A stretch of DNA of 64,000 nucleotides from Lama glama. Lineage: Eukaryota. This document shows, one piece after another, positions 50,440 through 63,330 of this stretch. Below the pieces are notes generated by a model. The model saw nothing but the letters and a program-made list of their open reading frames with translations. It was not told where the DNA came from and ran no database searches. How positions within the stretch are numbered: the stretch's first letter is position 1; each line of letters starts with the position of its first letter. A program made the position numbers and the translations under genes. The DNA lies in NCBI GenBank assembly GCA_028534125.1, contig CM052816.1, positions 24,058,001-24,122,000 on the forward strand, written 5' to 3'.

Positions 50440-50703
50440 TGTGCTTTTTCACAGTAGCATGCTCAGTTTTTAAGTGAATGAATACGTTTTTCAAATTCTT
50501 GAACTTTTTTTCCCTTAAAAATAAAGGACATTTATTTCAGGTCAAAAGAATGCCGCAAGTTTCTGCTGGGAGAGGTATCCTGCTAACTTCATCTTCAACA
50601 TTTGAAAACCACCGACAGGTAAGTAAAGAGCTTAATAAATTCTATGAATGTTAAATGAATGTACTCAATGGGTAAAGAAGGTGAATTTATTTTCTCCCTT
50701 TTC

Positions 50704-51633
50704 TTTTTCTTAATAGAACTGGGATTATTTATTCATTTATTTAATTTTTTATTAAAGTGTAGTCATTTTACAACGTTGCGTCAATTTCTGGTGTACAGCA
50801 TAATAGTTCAGTCATACACATACATGCATGTATTTGTTTTCATATCCTTTTTTACTACAGGTTACTGTAAGATATTGAATATAGTTCCCTGTGCTATACA
50901 GTATAAACTTGTATATCTATTTTATACATAGTAGATAGTATCTGCAAATCTCAAACTCCCAATTTATCCCTTCTCACCCCTTTCCTCCCCTAGTAACTGT
51001 AAGTTTGTTTTCTACGTCTATGAGTCTTTTTCTGTTTTGTATATAAGTTCATTTGTGTCTTTTGTTTTTAGATCCCACATATAAGTGATACAATATTTTT
51101 CTTTCTCTTTCTGGCTTACTTTACTCAGAATGATGATTTCCAGGTCCATCCATGTTGCAGCAAATGGCGTTTTTAATATTTTTATGTCTGTGTAGTATTC
51201 TATTGTGTAAATATGCTACAACTTCTTTATCCAGTCATCTGTCGATGGACATTAAGGTTTTTCCATGTCTTGACTAATGTATATAGTGCTGCTATGAACA
51301 TTGGGGTGAAGAGTTCCCTCTGGATATATGCCCAGGAGTGGGATTTCTGGATCATATGATAAGTCTATTTTTAGTTTTTTAAGAAGTTTTCATACTGTTT
51401 TCCATAATGGCTACACCAAACTACAATCCCACTAACAGTGTAGGAGGGTTCCCTGTTCTCAACCCCTTCTCCAGCTTTTATTATTTGTGGACTTTTTAAT
51501 GCTGGCCATTCTGACTGGTGTGAGGTGATACCAGTAGTTTTGATTTGCATTTCTCTGATAATTAGCGATATTAAGCATTTTTTCACGTGCCTATTTGCCA
51601 TTGTATGTCTTCATTGGAGAATTGCTTGTTTAG
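50704..51633 (-). mobile_element. L1 3' end, 5'-truncated
   Basis: [23 protein letters not shown]; 14/16 TSD TATTTTCTC(C/T)CT(T/A)TTC (50688-50703, 51634-51649). Confidence 0.92.
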
Positions 51634-52289
51634 TATTTTCTCTCTATTCAATTTTAGAACATTTTAGAAATAAACATTATTGGTGTGTAGGATATAAACA
51701 TGTTTGAGCATCATTATAACTTGAACTTATACACAACTGTTAAAGTCTTCCAGACCATTGTGATTGACTAGATTAAAGAAGGAATGCAAAAAATGTCTGT
51801 CTAAGCTGTAGGATGTAAAAATAAGAAAATGTAATGAAAACTGACCTTAAGTTACTAGGTTAGTTACTTAAGCTACTAGGTTGGTTGGCTGGAATGTGAG
51901 GGCTAATGAGTCCAGTGTTCCAGCTTTAGGTAGTCCACTCCCTTTCTTTATTTCTTCAGCCAGTGACTGTGTTGCTAAACTAGCCAGACTCCCTCCATAG
52001 ATGTGCCATGATCTTAAGGAAGCCAGATAACAGGAACACAGTAACATCATGAGAAAACAATTCAAAATACAAACTTTAAAAACAGTGTGTATGTGTGTGT
52101 GTGGTGGGGGGGTGCCTTGGCATCAATATTGGGGGCAGAGCCAGGAGAGGGTGGTAGTGTTAGTAAAATTCTCTACTAGTTGAATATATGCCTCTGAGAT
52201 ATTTAGAGTCCCACTGAAGAGACAAGAGAGACACACCACAAATTAAATAAGACATATCTTGTGCTTTTATAAGCCACTCAGTTCCCTTT

Positions 52290-52750
52290 GTGCCATGTCT
52301 TGTAGGTGCAATTGGACAATACTCACGTAAGCTCAAAACATTTACCTACTACTTCCTGCCCAGGGCTTCTCTAATGCCATAGTGAAGGCCAGTGGAAATG
52401 CACGGACTTATGCATGTGCAATCAGGAAGTGCAGGCGAGTTATTGCCAGTAGAGCCATCTTTAATCAATGGGGGACAGGATCTTATAAGTAAATATTTCC
52501 TTCTTTCATCCCCCAGGTGAATTTTCAGAGATGCATTTCATAAAGCCCATTAGTAGATCCTGGTGAGACTTAGCATCAGTTACATACAATGGTGGCCAAT
52601 TCAATAGGCATCGTTGGAGTGGCTCTCCCTCCTTCTCTATCCCACTCCCTCGGCCTTTCAATCATGCTCCTTGGGATCACTGCCCATGTACACTATCAAT
52701 ATACAAGCCTGTGTCTTAGCTCTTCTTTTGAGGGACCAATGTCAGACAGC
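52290..52750 (+). mobile_element. LTR16-like ERVL LTR
   Basis: CAGGAAGTGCAGGCGAGTT...TGGGATCAC...CTGTGTCTTAGCTCTTCTTTTGAGGGA...AGACA. Confidence 0.6.
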
Positions 52751-55700
52751 AGGCAAGGAGAAATCCATGTGATGATAGGGCCATAGCCTAAGACAAGTAA
52801 TTGCAAAGAGAAATCAAGAAATGGATTTCAGAGACTCTATGAAAGAATTGTTAGAACCCAGTAATAAAATAGTAAAGAATGAGAACAGTCAGCTTATAGA
52901 GCAAGTTGATGTGTTCTACTCTAGATGGGGCCAGAACATAATGGTAATACCCAGCCGGCAGTTGGCACTAAGATTTAGGAATCATTTTGACTGTTGAGAT
53001 CCTGAGAATGAATGAGTCTCTAAAAGAAGACTTTGTGAAGAGATGACCAGTGGGCTATAGACTGAATTTCAGATAATGATCAGATTTCAGGAGTCAAGAG
53101 GAAAAAGAAAAACTAATAGAAAATAGGAACTCAGGAAAATAGGAGTTTAGGGCTATGTGTAATGGTGGGAGAGAACATATAGTTCAATTCTACCATCAGA
53201 TCAGAGACCAGACTGAAATAGGTAACACAGAATGAAGAGATCGAGACAGTAATGTAGATAGCTTATTGTACAGATGATGAAGGTGGAGACAATTCACCCT
53301 TGAAATGCAACAAGCTTGCTATGGGTGAATTGAAAGAGAGAAGTTAGAAGCTTGTAGATTCAAGTAACTTTTTTCAGAATTTAATAAATGGAAAAAAGGT
53401 AATGGGGAGAACTTCCATATTAAAAAAAACCAACAAAACCCTGAGCTTATTTTATTTCTAAATAAACTTTATTGAAATTAATCATTAAGTACATAAAAAA
53501 TCTGGGACTTACCTTGCTCTCACACTTTAATGCCTTTTTATTCTTAAGAACACTCGTTTGAAAAAAAATGAATACTCATAAGCACTTCCTCTACAATGTT
53601 GGTCTACAGGATGGCATTATTGAAAAGTACCTCTCTTCCAGAAAATATTGGAAGAATTCCACTTGAATAAATATTGCATAACTCAGTGCCTACTTTTACA
53701 TACCCATATTTGTGTTAAGCTAATCCTAGTTTCCAAAAAAAGGATTTTGTACTGTTGAATAGCATTTCTGAAATACTGCCAACCCCATCTTGTGATTGAG
53801 GTTCTTTGGTATAAAAAAGGTTAGAAAGGGTGAGATGCCATGCAGGTATTTAGAGAGAATTTCATTTTGATGTTTTATATTTGAATGAATCATGGTTTAG
53901 TTAATCTGTTTCTGCAAAAATGTTTTCAGTATACAATCTGATCATTTTCTACTTTTTCATTACATTTTTTTCTTTTTGGTCCTTTTCAACCATCTCCTTC
54001 AAATATAAATGACAGTTTATCACTGTGTGCTTAGATTTTAGCATACTTCGTCCCTCCAGGGTATGCTTGTTATCTGTTGGATTTATACTTTGGATTAAAT
54101 AGTTACTGTATGAGTGAGATTAGAGACAGTGGCTAGTTGCCCACAGAGAATGAGCGAGCCTTACAAACCACATACTGTTTATACAATTAGTTTTTATAAA
54201 CCTGTTGTTTATCTGCACAATATAACTATGACAATCAAACTATAATGCACTTGCAGGAGGTTTTTTTTTTCCTTGTTTCACATTCTCACGACCATCATAT
54301 GATCTGATTTCACTTGATATTAAGCAAATGCCAAGATCTCTCTCTTTTTAAACCTTTACAGCTTTTAGTTTTACTGAACTTGTGGACTGACAAACATTCC
54401 ACATATTTTAATTTTGCTTTTGATGTTAAACTTTCTTTGTTCTTAATGTACAAGAAATGCAAGTTCCTTACTGATAGTGAGATTTTTTGAAAAGGAGGGG
54501 AAATTAAAGTTTTGCAATTCCACTGTTCAGAGAGTGCTACAACTGACATTGTAGTTTATGCAATGCCACAATTTCCGATATGCCAATATATGAATAATTA
54601 AAAACAAAATGTTGATTATATAGGACAGAATCTCAGATTTACTTTTTTCATTAGCATGTATCATAAACTTATCATCTTATACTAATATTACCCTACAACA
54701 TGGTTTATATTGGGTACATTATAGAGGTAGTAATCCATTTCTGTTAAATGTTTAAATGCTCTGTTAAATGTTTTAAATGCTCTGATCAATAGCTGTATAG
54801 TTAAATCTTTCCTTATTTCCTTAATTAATCCTTAGACTATATCACTATACTATTTCTGTATTTGAACTCTTTTTTTAATAAACAAAACCCTGCCTGAGTT
54901 TAACAAAAAAGAGGAATATATTAGAAGAATACAGGGCTAACTTAAGGACAAGAATGGAGCTAGAAACATTCTCTCGACTCCTGTGTATACTCATTTCTGC
55001 ACTTCTGATTCATTACCTCCTCTCAGCCACCAGTCTTCCTTTGCTTCATTCTGCATGGATAAAAACATGGCCAAAGACAGCAACCAAGTTTATGTCACAG
55101 ATTGAGCCACCTTGAGAAAGATGAAATCAATCCCAGTCTTCTCGCATCTCCCCACCCCGTTCACCATTCCAGATTTCCAGGATTAGCAGATGTTTACCTT
55201 GACACAATCAACTTGGGCCAAAGGGTGTTGTCTGATGAACATGGTTGCCAGGAGTCACCCTATAGCTATGTAAATGGTAGGGAAGAAAAGAGGGACTGGG
55301 GAGATAATCTGTAAATGCCATCACATTCTCATCACTCAGCGCACTCATCTTTATTTGGAGATATTCATTATACTAAATTGGCACTGTTAAACCAGCAGAA
55401 GAAAGGAAATTCTTTTTTCTTTCTTTAATAGGAATGGCTTTTTCTAAGACTGGGTTCATTTTATCTGACAGTGGACAGCAACACCTTCACGTGTTTTTGA
55501 GCTATACATCTACAAAAGAGAATCCTCTACACTCTAGTTTGAGGGAATGGAAAATTACCTATTGTCAAAAATCATGATAAGAATAAGAAAATTCTGTAGT
55601 GGAAAAAAATCTTAACATTTGTTAACTCTTCTCTTCTAGACTTCAATGTAAAATCATGTTTCTTACATAATAAATTTTATGGTTATTATAAGAAGAGTAC

Positions 55701-55959
55701 ATCTAGTATTGAAGAATAGAACATTAATATTTATAGAGAAAAACCATGACCAACTTAAAATAACTAAATTTTCTACGGACTTTCATTATATAATTAGAAA
55801 AACGATTCCACAGGAGAGTAAAATCTTCCCGTCAATCAGGTTAAAATCTTTCGGAGAGAAAGGAATTAATAGGATAGAAGGCTAGGTCTTATACAATTTC
55901 ACCAGTTCTGTTTTCCAGAAAAGCCTCTAATGTTACATAAATCTGAGATCTCTACATTT

Positions 55960-56482
55960 GTGTTAGTTCTCTTATTCTCTACTTTATCTATTGCTATGTA
56001 ACAAATTACCCTGAAATTTAGTAGCTTAAAACAACAAACCTTTATTATCCCACACAGTTTCTGACAGGAATCCAGGAGGAGCTTAACTGGGTGGTTCTGG
56101 CTCGGGTCACTCATGAAGTCGCAGTTAAGCTGTCAGCTGGGGCTGCAGTTATCTGAAGACTTGACTTAACTGGGACACCTGCTTCTAAGCTCACTTGGTG
56201 GCCATTAGCAGGAGGCTCGTTTCCTCACTACCTGGGCCTCTCCTAGGGCTGCTCGTGACACGGCAGCTCGTTTCCCCCAGAGCAAATTATCTGAGAGAGA
56301 GAGTTGGTTGGGAAGGGGACATGGAAGCTAACTGTCTTTTATGACAGCCTTGGAAGTGACAAGCTACCACTTCTGCCATATGCTATCGTCGTAGAACAAC
56401 TGTAACATAACGTGGGAGGGGATTGATTATATGAATATCAGGAAGTGGGAGTCATTAGGGTCTCTTCTAGGCTGGCTACCAC
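55960..56482 (-). mobile_element. MLT1 (F/G/H-like) MaLR LTR
   Basis: TCTATTGCTATGTAACAAATTACCC...TTAGTAGCTTAAAACAACAA...GGCTGGCTACCAC. Confidence 0.8.
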
Positions 56483-59289
56483 GTATACCATTCTCAGAGC
56501 TTAAAAACTGCCTTAATAACTTGATTTATATTTACATCTCTAGAACTCTGATTCCCTTCTATTTTTTTATTGGTACTTGCAATAATGCTACAAATCAATT
56601 GTAATTTTACAGTTTGTCTGTAGAGTCTTTCTTCAAATATCCCTAAAACTTAGGGCTTAGGGTTTTCTTACATTTTAATCAATGATATAAATTCTAAACT
56701 ATACATGTTACGCTTATTTTAAAAAGTAAGTTGATTAAATTACTCTGTTTAGGCTATCATTCATGTATTGATTCATTCAACAAATAATTATTGAGTTCAG
56801 GGCATTGTGTTCTCTTTACTATTCCAAGGTGTTATCCTGTATTCTAGCCTTCTCTCCTAAAACAATTTTATTGACATGTGTTTCACAGATCATCCAATTC
56901 ACTCATTGAAAGTATAAAGTCCCCCATTTTCAATCTATATTTTTCAAGACAAATGGCCTGACAATTTATAAATTGATCGAATATTTTTGGCCACCCTATA
57001 CATACTTAAATAAAGAGGCCCACCTTTAAGACTATGGACACATGTTCTACCAGAGCAAACTAGAGGAACAGATGTCTTATTTATTCTTCCCGTGACTGCT
57101 CTGCAGAACTCTGGAAACCATGAAGGGGTGTTAACTGTATAGCAAACAGGACCAAACAAGTAACTTCAGTGGCCTTTCAACAGGTTTTACTAGGATAAGT
57201 TCTCCAACCACAGCCCTATGATTTCCCCTGAAGAACAGATAAACAAACCAAGTCCCAAATGACTCTATAAGACTATGTGTACCGAATTATCGGTACACAC
57301 CCACATGCTGCTACTCCAGATAATCTGATCATTAATGAATGGCAATTATGTCTTAACTAATGATATTCCAAAAAATAAAAGATGTTTTCACATGTTCTTC
57401 AAAAACTGTCATATAAGCATAAACAAAGTATGTGTTGATCTTAACTGAAATGTGGTGTATAATCTTTTATTTTCCTCCTTTGGAATAATTTTACACTAGT
57501 TAGAAAAAATTATACAACTAGTACATGCACATTGCTGAAAAAACAAAAAATACACAACAGCAAAAGTGAAAGAGAATTTATAAGCATTCTTAATCCTGTT
57601 ATCCAGAGATAGCCTGTGCTAGTTTTGGTGTGTAACCTTCCAAAAAACAGATTTGGCGAGGAGTATATATTTCTATGAATTGTAACTGGTATATTGCAAA
57701 CTTTGACAATTTGCAATTAAAAACTGGACTTTCATTTGTATCTAATACTCAGATCATTCCTAACTGTTACATAGTCGGCCTGCTCTGATCTCCAGGAGGT
57801 ATCCACCTTCCTGCTGTGGCTCCCCTGGGTCCACGTCCACTGACTATAATGGTCCTGAAGGAGACTTGCCGTCACCATTGCCAATGGTGCCCTTGCCTGT
57901 GTGAAGGCACCTTCCATCTCACAGTGCTTAGAAGGCTGCCCACTATCTCATGGCCTCAAAGCAGCATTGACATGTACCATGACTCTAGAGAAAATAGCTC
58001 TTTCAACTTCTCAGAACTCAGATCCAAATTTCCTATCAGCAAGACTGAAATGAGTACACACATTTATCCATAAGAACAAGAGACATTTTTAGGACAGTGA
58101 GATCCCAAGCCAAACATATAAAACAAAACAGTTCTCTTAAAAAGAATAATACTTGCACACAGTAAGCACCATATGCATATAAGCTAAGAACACTTTGCTT
58201 ACCCATATAGGCAGCCTCCTATGTGAACCTCTGCGTACTCAAATATTCTTTGAGGGGCTCACCATCTGAAACACCTTCTATTCGGATGAGAGATCATCTT
58301 AATACTTGCATAAATGGCCTATTCAGGATTATTAGATCAAAGAAACAATCTGCCCTAAAAGTGGATTCAATACTGCAAAACAAACAAATCATAAAAACCA
58401 GCTCACCCCATTGATGGTCTTGTAAGGTTTTCATCTCCATCCAGGTTTCTGTTGGCCAGGTTTCAGTAAAGGATTGAGTTCAAGGTCCTTGTTCCTTGAT
58501 TAGCAATCTCAGCTCCTATATCAATTCCTCTAACTATGGATGTGGATTGCAAAGGGGGACTTCATTTTCATGCTTCAGACACATGTATACTTGTAAGTTG
58601 TTGCAGTGAGAATATATTTGTACATTAGTTACATAATTTAGGGGGAATAAATCTGCTGGTTTCACTACCAACAAAATAAAAGTAGAAACCTAGCCACAAA
58701 CATTGAGGCATCCGTAGCAGAGCTCATGGTACATCTATTTCTAGTGCACTGTTATGTAACCGGGCGGCAGCATGGTCCAGTGGAAAGACTAGCTCAGAAG
58801 TCAGTGTGCCTGGCTCTGTAACAACTGTGCAATCCTCCAGCATGTCATTAAGTCCCCCAGTTTCCTTATCCATCCCATGTTATGTGGCATGCTGAGGCCT
58901 CTTGGAACTCCACTATTTAGAGTGTGTATGACACTCACTTGAATGCTCTGCTTGTAAGAAATGTCCCATTGTTTTCTTTCTCCAAATAAAATTTAATCTT
59001 CTTTTGTTCTCTCTTACTATTTTGAGGGAAAATTCAATGTCACTCTTTTTTTTAGATTTCCTTCCCCTTCTGTAGGATTCTGTCAGAGTCCCAGGGACAT
59101 TGTGCTATTCACACACTTTGGAGTAAACCTGCTGATCTTTGATGTTAAGCACCGTGAACACGTTCCTTGTCCAGTTCTGCAAGTACGTGAGTTGAGATAG
59201 CTCAGCTTCTTTCAACCTTGGTTTGGCCATGGAGATCTTTTAATAAGACTTCAAGGTACTACTCTTAAAATACATAACTCTCTCTCCTA

Positions 59290-59825
59290 TACTGGTCATT
59301 TGTCTGTTCGCTTTCAGCTCTGCTCCTGCTGCTCTTCTTTGCTCTTTTGATATTCTAGAGAGCTGAAAGTCAGCAAGTTACATTTCCCAGGGTCCCTCGC
59401 CAGCAGGCTTCTGACTGCGGTTGTTAATGGGAGGCACTGATGGGATACTGGAAGTCAGGAAGTGAGGAAAAGTGATCCACCTATGGCTTCCCGTTTCTGA
59501 CATCATCTCAGGCAGCAGTGATGGTATTTACTGCAGTGACAGTGTTGCCAGGGTTCCCTGGTTGGGGCAGCACCTCAGCAGAAGATCCAGAGCTGACTGC
59601 AGTGTTGTCTCTGTGGGCACAGTGGCAGGTACAGGCTTGTGAAGCCCAGCCCAGAAGCATTGGCAGTGTCTGTTCTTTGGGTATCATCCTTGCTTTTCAT
59701 CCTCCACCTTCCTTCTTCCCTATTTTTTCTCTTACTACTTTGATAACCAATGCCTTGGGTTAAATTTCCTCTAATTGCAATATTTAACTTGGCTTTGGTT
59801 TTCCTGACTAGACACTGATTAACAG
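59290..59825 (+). mobile_element. LTR33-like ERVL LTR
   Basis: TACATTTCCCAGGGTCCCTCGCCAGCAGGCTTCTG...AATGGGAGGCACTG...TTTTCCTGACTAGACACTGA. Confidence 0.65.
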
Positions 59826-60108
59826 ACTCCATGTTTCCCTACCCAGTATTCTTGAGCCACAGTGTCACAAGATCTGGTTACCTCTTGCAGAACTCTGTGT
59901 AAGAATAAGATGCTGTCCCTGCTATTCTCAGATCCCATAAACCCCTGGTTGCTTAAATTTTGGGGGGTTATAAATGACAGAAATTCAATGGAGAAAACTT
60001 GAGATAAACTGGAAAATTTATTATAAGACTAAAAGCTTGAACCATGGAACCTTAGTGCTGGGATGTGGCTAGGCCTCCAGAACCATGGACGGAAGCACTG
60101 TAGGTAAC

Positions 60109-60775
60109 TGTATCAGTTAGCTAATGCTGCATAATAACAACCCAAGACTTAGCAGCTTATAATAACAATTGTTTATTATTTTCCACAAGTCTGTGGGTTG
60201 GTTGGGTAGCTCTCTTCATTTGAGTTGGGCTTATGTGATCTCAGCTGGGTTTCTTCATGTCTCTTTAGTCAGCTTGTGCCTTACTTAGGGACTGGCTTCT
60301 TAATTTTCTTTCTTTCTTTCTTTCTTTTTTGTGTGGGGTGGGGTGGGGGAGGAGGTAATTAGGCTTATTTATTTATTTATTTTTAATGGACGTACTGGGG
60401 ATTAAACCCAGGACATCATGCGTGCTAAGCACATGTTCTACCACTGAGCTATACCCTCCCCTGGAAGTGGCTTCTTAGAATGGCCTTGGATGGGCACATT
60501 ACCTATGTTCCTTATCCTTCCAGCAAGCGAGCCAAGCATGTTCTCAGGAAGTGGATGGATCAAAGAGAAAAAGTATAAGCATGCAAAGCTTCTTGTAATC
60601 TAGGCCTGAAACTGGCACTCTGTTACTTTTACCAAGTCATAAGGCCAGCTCAGATTCAAGAGATGAGATACCAGGCTCTGCCTCTTGATGGGAAGAGCTG
60701 TAAAGTCATATTGTGAAGGGAGTGGCATACACGAAGGGGAGTGAAGAACTGGAGTCAGTTTTGCAATCTACCCAC
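60109..60775 (-). mobile_element. MLT1H-like MaLR LTR interrupted by a SINE
   Basis: TGTATCAGTTAGCTAATGCTGCATAA...AAGTCATAAGGCCAGCTCAGATTCAAG...TTTTGCAATCTACC. Confidence 0.78.
60303..60461 (-). mobile_element. Camelid-type tRNA-derived SINE
   Basis: GGGGAGGGTATAGCTCAGTGGTAGAAC...; TSD core TGGCTTCTTA on both sides. Confidence 0.9.
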
Positions 60776-61209
60776 TCTAGAAAACCCAGGAAGCCACTGC
60801 TGCTTTTCTGTCAAGGTTTGATTTATTTTTCATTTGCACAACAGTTTTTTTTTTTTCTCTCTCTCCCTTACCTGGTTCATGTGGTAGAAAATGGTCTTTG
60901 CTACTGGCTTCCTTGTTTTACACGTTCACTATTCAAGAAGATTACCAGGTAAAATTGGAACCTCAGTCAACTCTGCATATCCTGGAATAGGTCTCAGTGG
61001 CTCATCTTGAGTCAGTTGTCCACCCGTGGATCAGTAAGTTGTGGTCTAGAAGACAGGGTCAAACTGCTGCCCCCATTGTAGCCATATGGGTGGAAGGAGA
61101 GTAGACAGTAGTTATCAGAGAAGGAAGCAGCAACCCAAATGTTATCCAAATGAGCCACAAAACTTTTAAACAGTTCCAAAATGTCTTCAATTTTATTTTT
61201 AAGAGAAAT

Positions 61210-61382
61210 GTTTTTGTTTGTTTGTTTGTTTTACCAAATCTGTTTTCTTTAGGGGGGTGTAAATTAGGTTTATTTATTTATTTACTTACTTACTAACTTA
61301 CTTTAATGGAGGTACTAGGGATTAAACCCAGGACCTTGTACATGCTAAGCACACACTCTGCCACTGAACTATACTCTCCCCC
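61210..61382 (-). mobile_element. Camelid-type tRNA-derived SINE
   Basis: GGGGGAGAGTATAGTTCAGTGGCAGAG...CCTGGGTTTAATCCCTAGTACCTCC; AAGAGAAAT repeated on both flanks. Confidence 0.9.
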
Positions 61383-61449
61383 TACCAAGAGAAATACCTT
61401 TCTGAAACTGTGACTTAGGTCATGAACAAAGGAGGAAGATGGATCAATC

Positions 61450-61685
61450 TGGAGAGCAGGAGCGTGGATTCTAGAGTAAGACTGCTTAAGTAGGTATCTC
61501 CCATCTGCCACATCCTAGATGTGTGACCTTGGGCGAATTCTTGACCTCCTTGTGGTCCAGTCACCTTACTAATTAGACTGGATTCCTACCTTAGAGATTG
61601 TTGTAAGAATTTCATTAGAGAATGCTTACTATACATATAACAGTGTCTATGCATAGTAAATATTTGATAGTGCTGGCTATTGATA
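61450..61685 (+). mobile_element. MIR SINE
   Basis: TGTGTGACCTTGGGCGAATT...TTGTTGTAAGAATT...AACAGTGTCTATGCATAGTAAATATTTGATA. Confidence 0.7.
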
Positions 61686-63128
61686 CTCATTACCACTAAA
61701 GAAAAAGTTTTGAACACTGGGCGTAAAATTCAGCAGTACAACACTTGTTATTTCTGTTCACCCTCACTGTCAGATATATTTGCTTAGGTGCTGCTAGAGA
61801 TCCCTAGTTTGAAATTGAATTAAACTTATCATAGGACATCCCACTGGAAATCCCAGATTTCTGTTTACCATTCTGAGGATTAGTCATCTTTTCAAGGCCT
61901 TCCTTCACGTTTTTGGGTATGCCTATCAAGGATACAAAGAGTTAAGCCAAAAGTGTACAAAGGCCAGGAATGTCAAAATGCCAGTGATGAAACCGTGAAC
62001 CCATCAGAAGGTGACTCTGCTTGAAGCTGTAGTAAGTTAGAAAAACATGTAATTTTGAAGAAAAAAAAAATCATCCTGATCTAATTTTCCCCCAATAAAG
62101 CCCAGGAACTGGGAAGTGTTAGTGATTGTAAACCCAAGAATCCTGGCCAAAAAGGAAAAGAAACATTTACATATTAAAAGACTTAATACAGATAATTTAA
62201 ATCATACTCTGTAGAATGCAAGTAGATAGGAATTTAGAGGACACCAAATCAGGACCTTATTTTAGTAAAAATAGGAAGATCTCTTTTTTTTTTTTTGCTT
62301 TTAATTTGTATTTATTTTTCTTTTAATTTTTAGTGTAATATAATTTTTTAAAGGTCAGATTGCATTCAGTGAACTCAGTTTAAAAGTATGTGCAAAATGT
62401 TATGAAGATGTATTAAAATAGCTTCTTCTGTTTTATTTACCACACCTACATTCTTCGTGCATAGTCACATAGGAAGCCGCTAAGACTGAAAGCAGGCAAT
62501 TCCTTTATAATCTTATCAAAAATAGAAGCCAATAGTTGTAATGACTCACTTGTTTCCTTCTGTTTTCAATCCTTATCTTGGGACCACAGATTGCATTACA
62601 GTTGATAAGTAATTGTACATCTTTTGTGAAGCACCTTGAAGTGTTCTGTCATGACAATAACCTGGCTACGTTTTAGAATTCCCAAACAAAGCTAAATTTT
62701 ATGACTGAATCCTGTCCCTTTAATATAACACTTCATACTATTTTGAGAACCTTCAGCAAGTCACTAGAAAAAAAGGTCAGAGCCAAACCCTTAACAAATA
62801 AAGTACATCAATTTATACAAGCGATTTCTTTGGAGTGAAATCTATTTCTGTAATTATTTTCTTCACTTCTAAAATGTACAATAAGCATGTCTCATTGTAA
62901 ATTCTAGGTAACATCATGTTTAGAGATTTTTTTTCTTCTATATGGTCCTTGATTCCAATTTATGTTTTCTCTGCATGAAGTACATTTGAGTAGTTTGAAA
63001 ACTATGAATAATGTTAGTTTGGCTGAGGGTCCAACTAAGATTAAAGAAATTCCTATGGCACATCCTAGGCACAACTAATTTGATTCTTAATACAAAGTTA
63101 ACATGTGGGTGTGGTGTATAGAAGAGAC

Positions 63129-63330
63129 TGTTAGTTGTTCCCTTAAATCCATTTTCCACTTATTCTCTGTTAATAAAGTCCCTGGTATTCATCTGGGCAC
63201 ATGGCTGCCCCACATCAAGGCCACATTTCTTACCCTCCCTTGTAGCAGGGTAAGGCCAAGGAATTCAGTTCTAGACAATGGGATCTAAGTAGTAGTTAGG
63301 TATGACTACCTATGGACTTGCACGTGAGAG
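63129..63330 (+). mobile_element. MLT1I/J-like MaLR LTR 5' part
   Basis: CACATTTCTTACCCTCCCTTGTAGCAGGGTAAGGCC...AGTTCTAGACAATGGGAT. Confidence 0.55.

Noticed and set aside
61235..61248. 14-mer AGAAAACAGATTTG shared by the tails of the SINEs at 61.2 kb and 33.3 kb, suggesting a parent-daughter link
   Set aside because: It is A-rich and short, partly TSD-derived in the 33.3 kb copy, and the rest of the tails and bodies differ; chance is sufficient.
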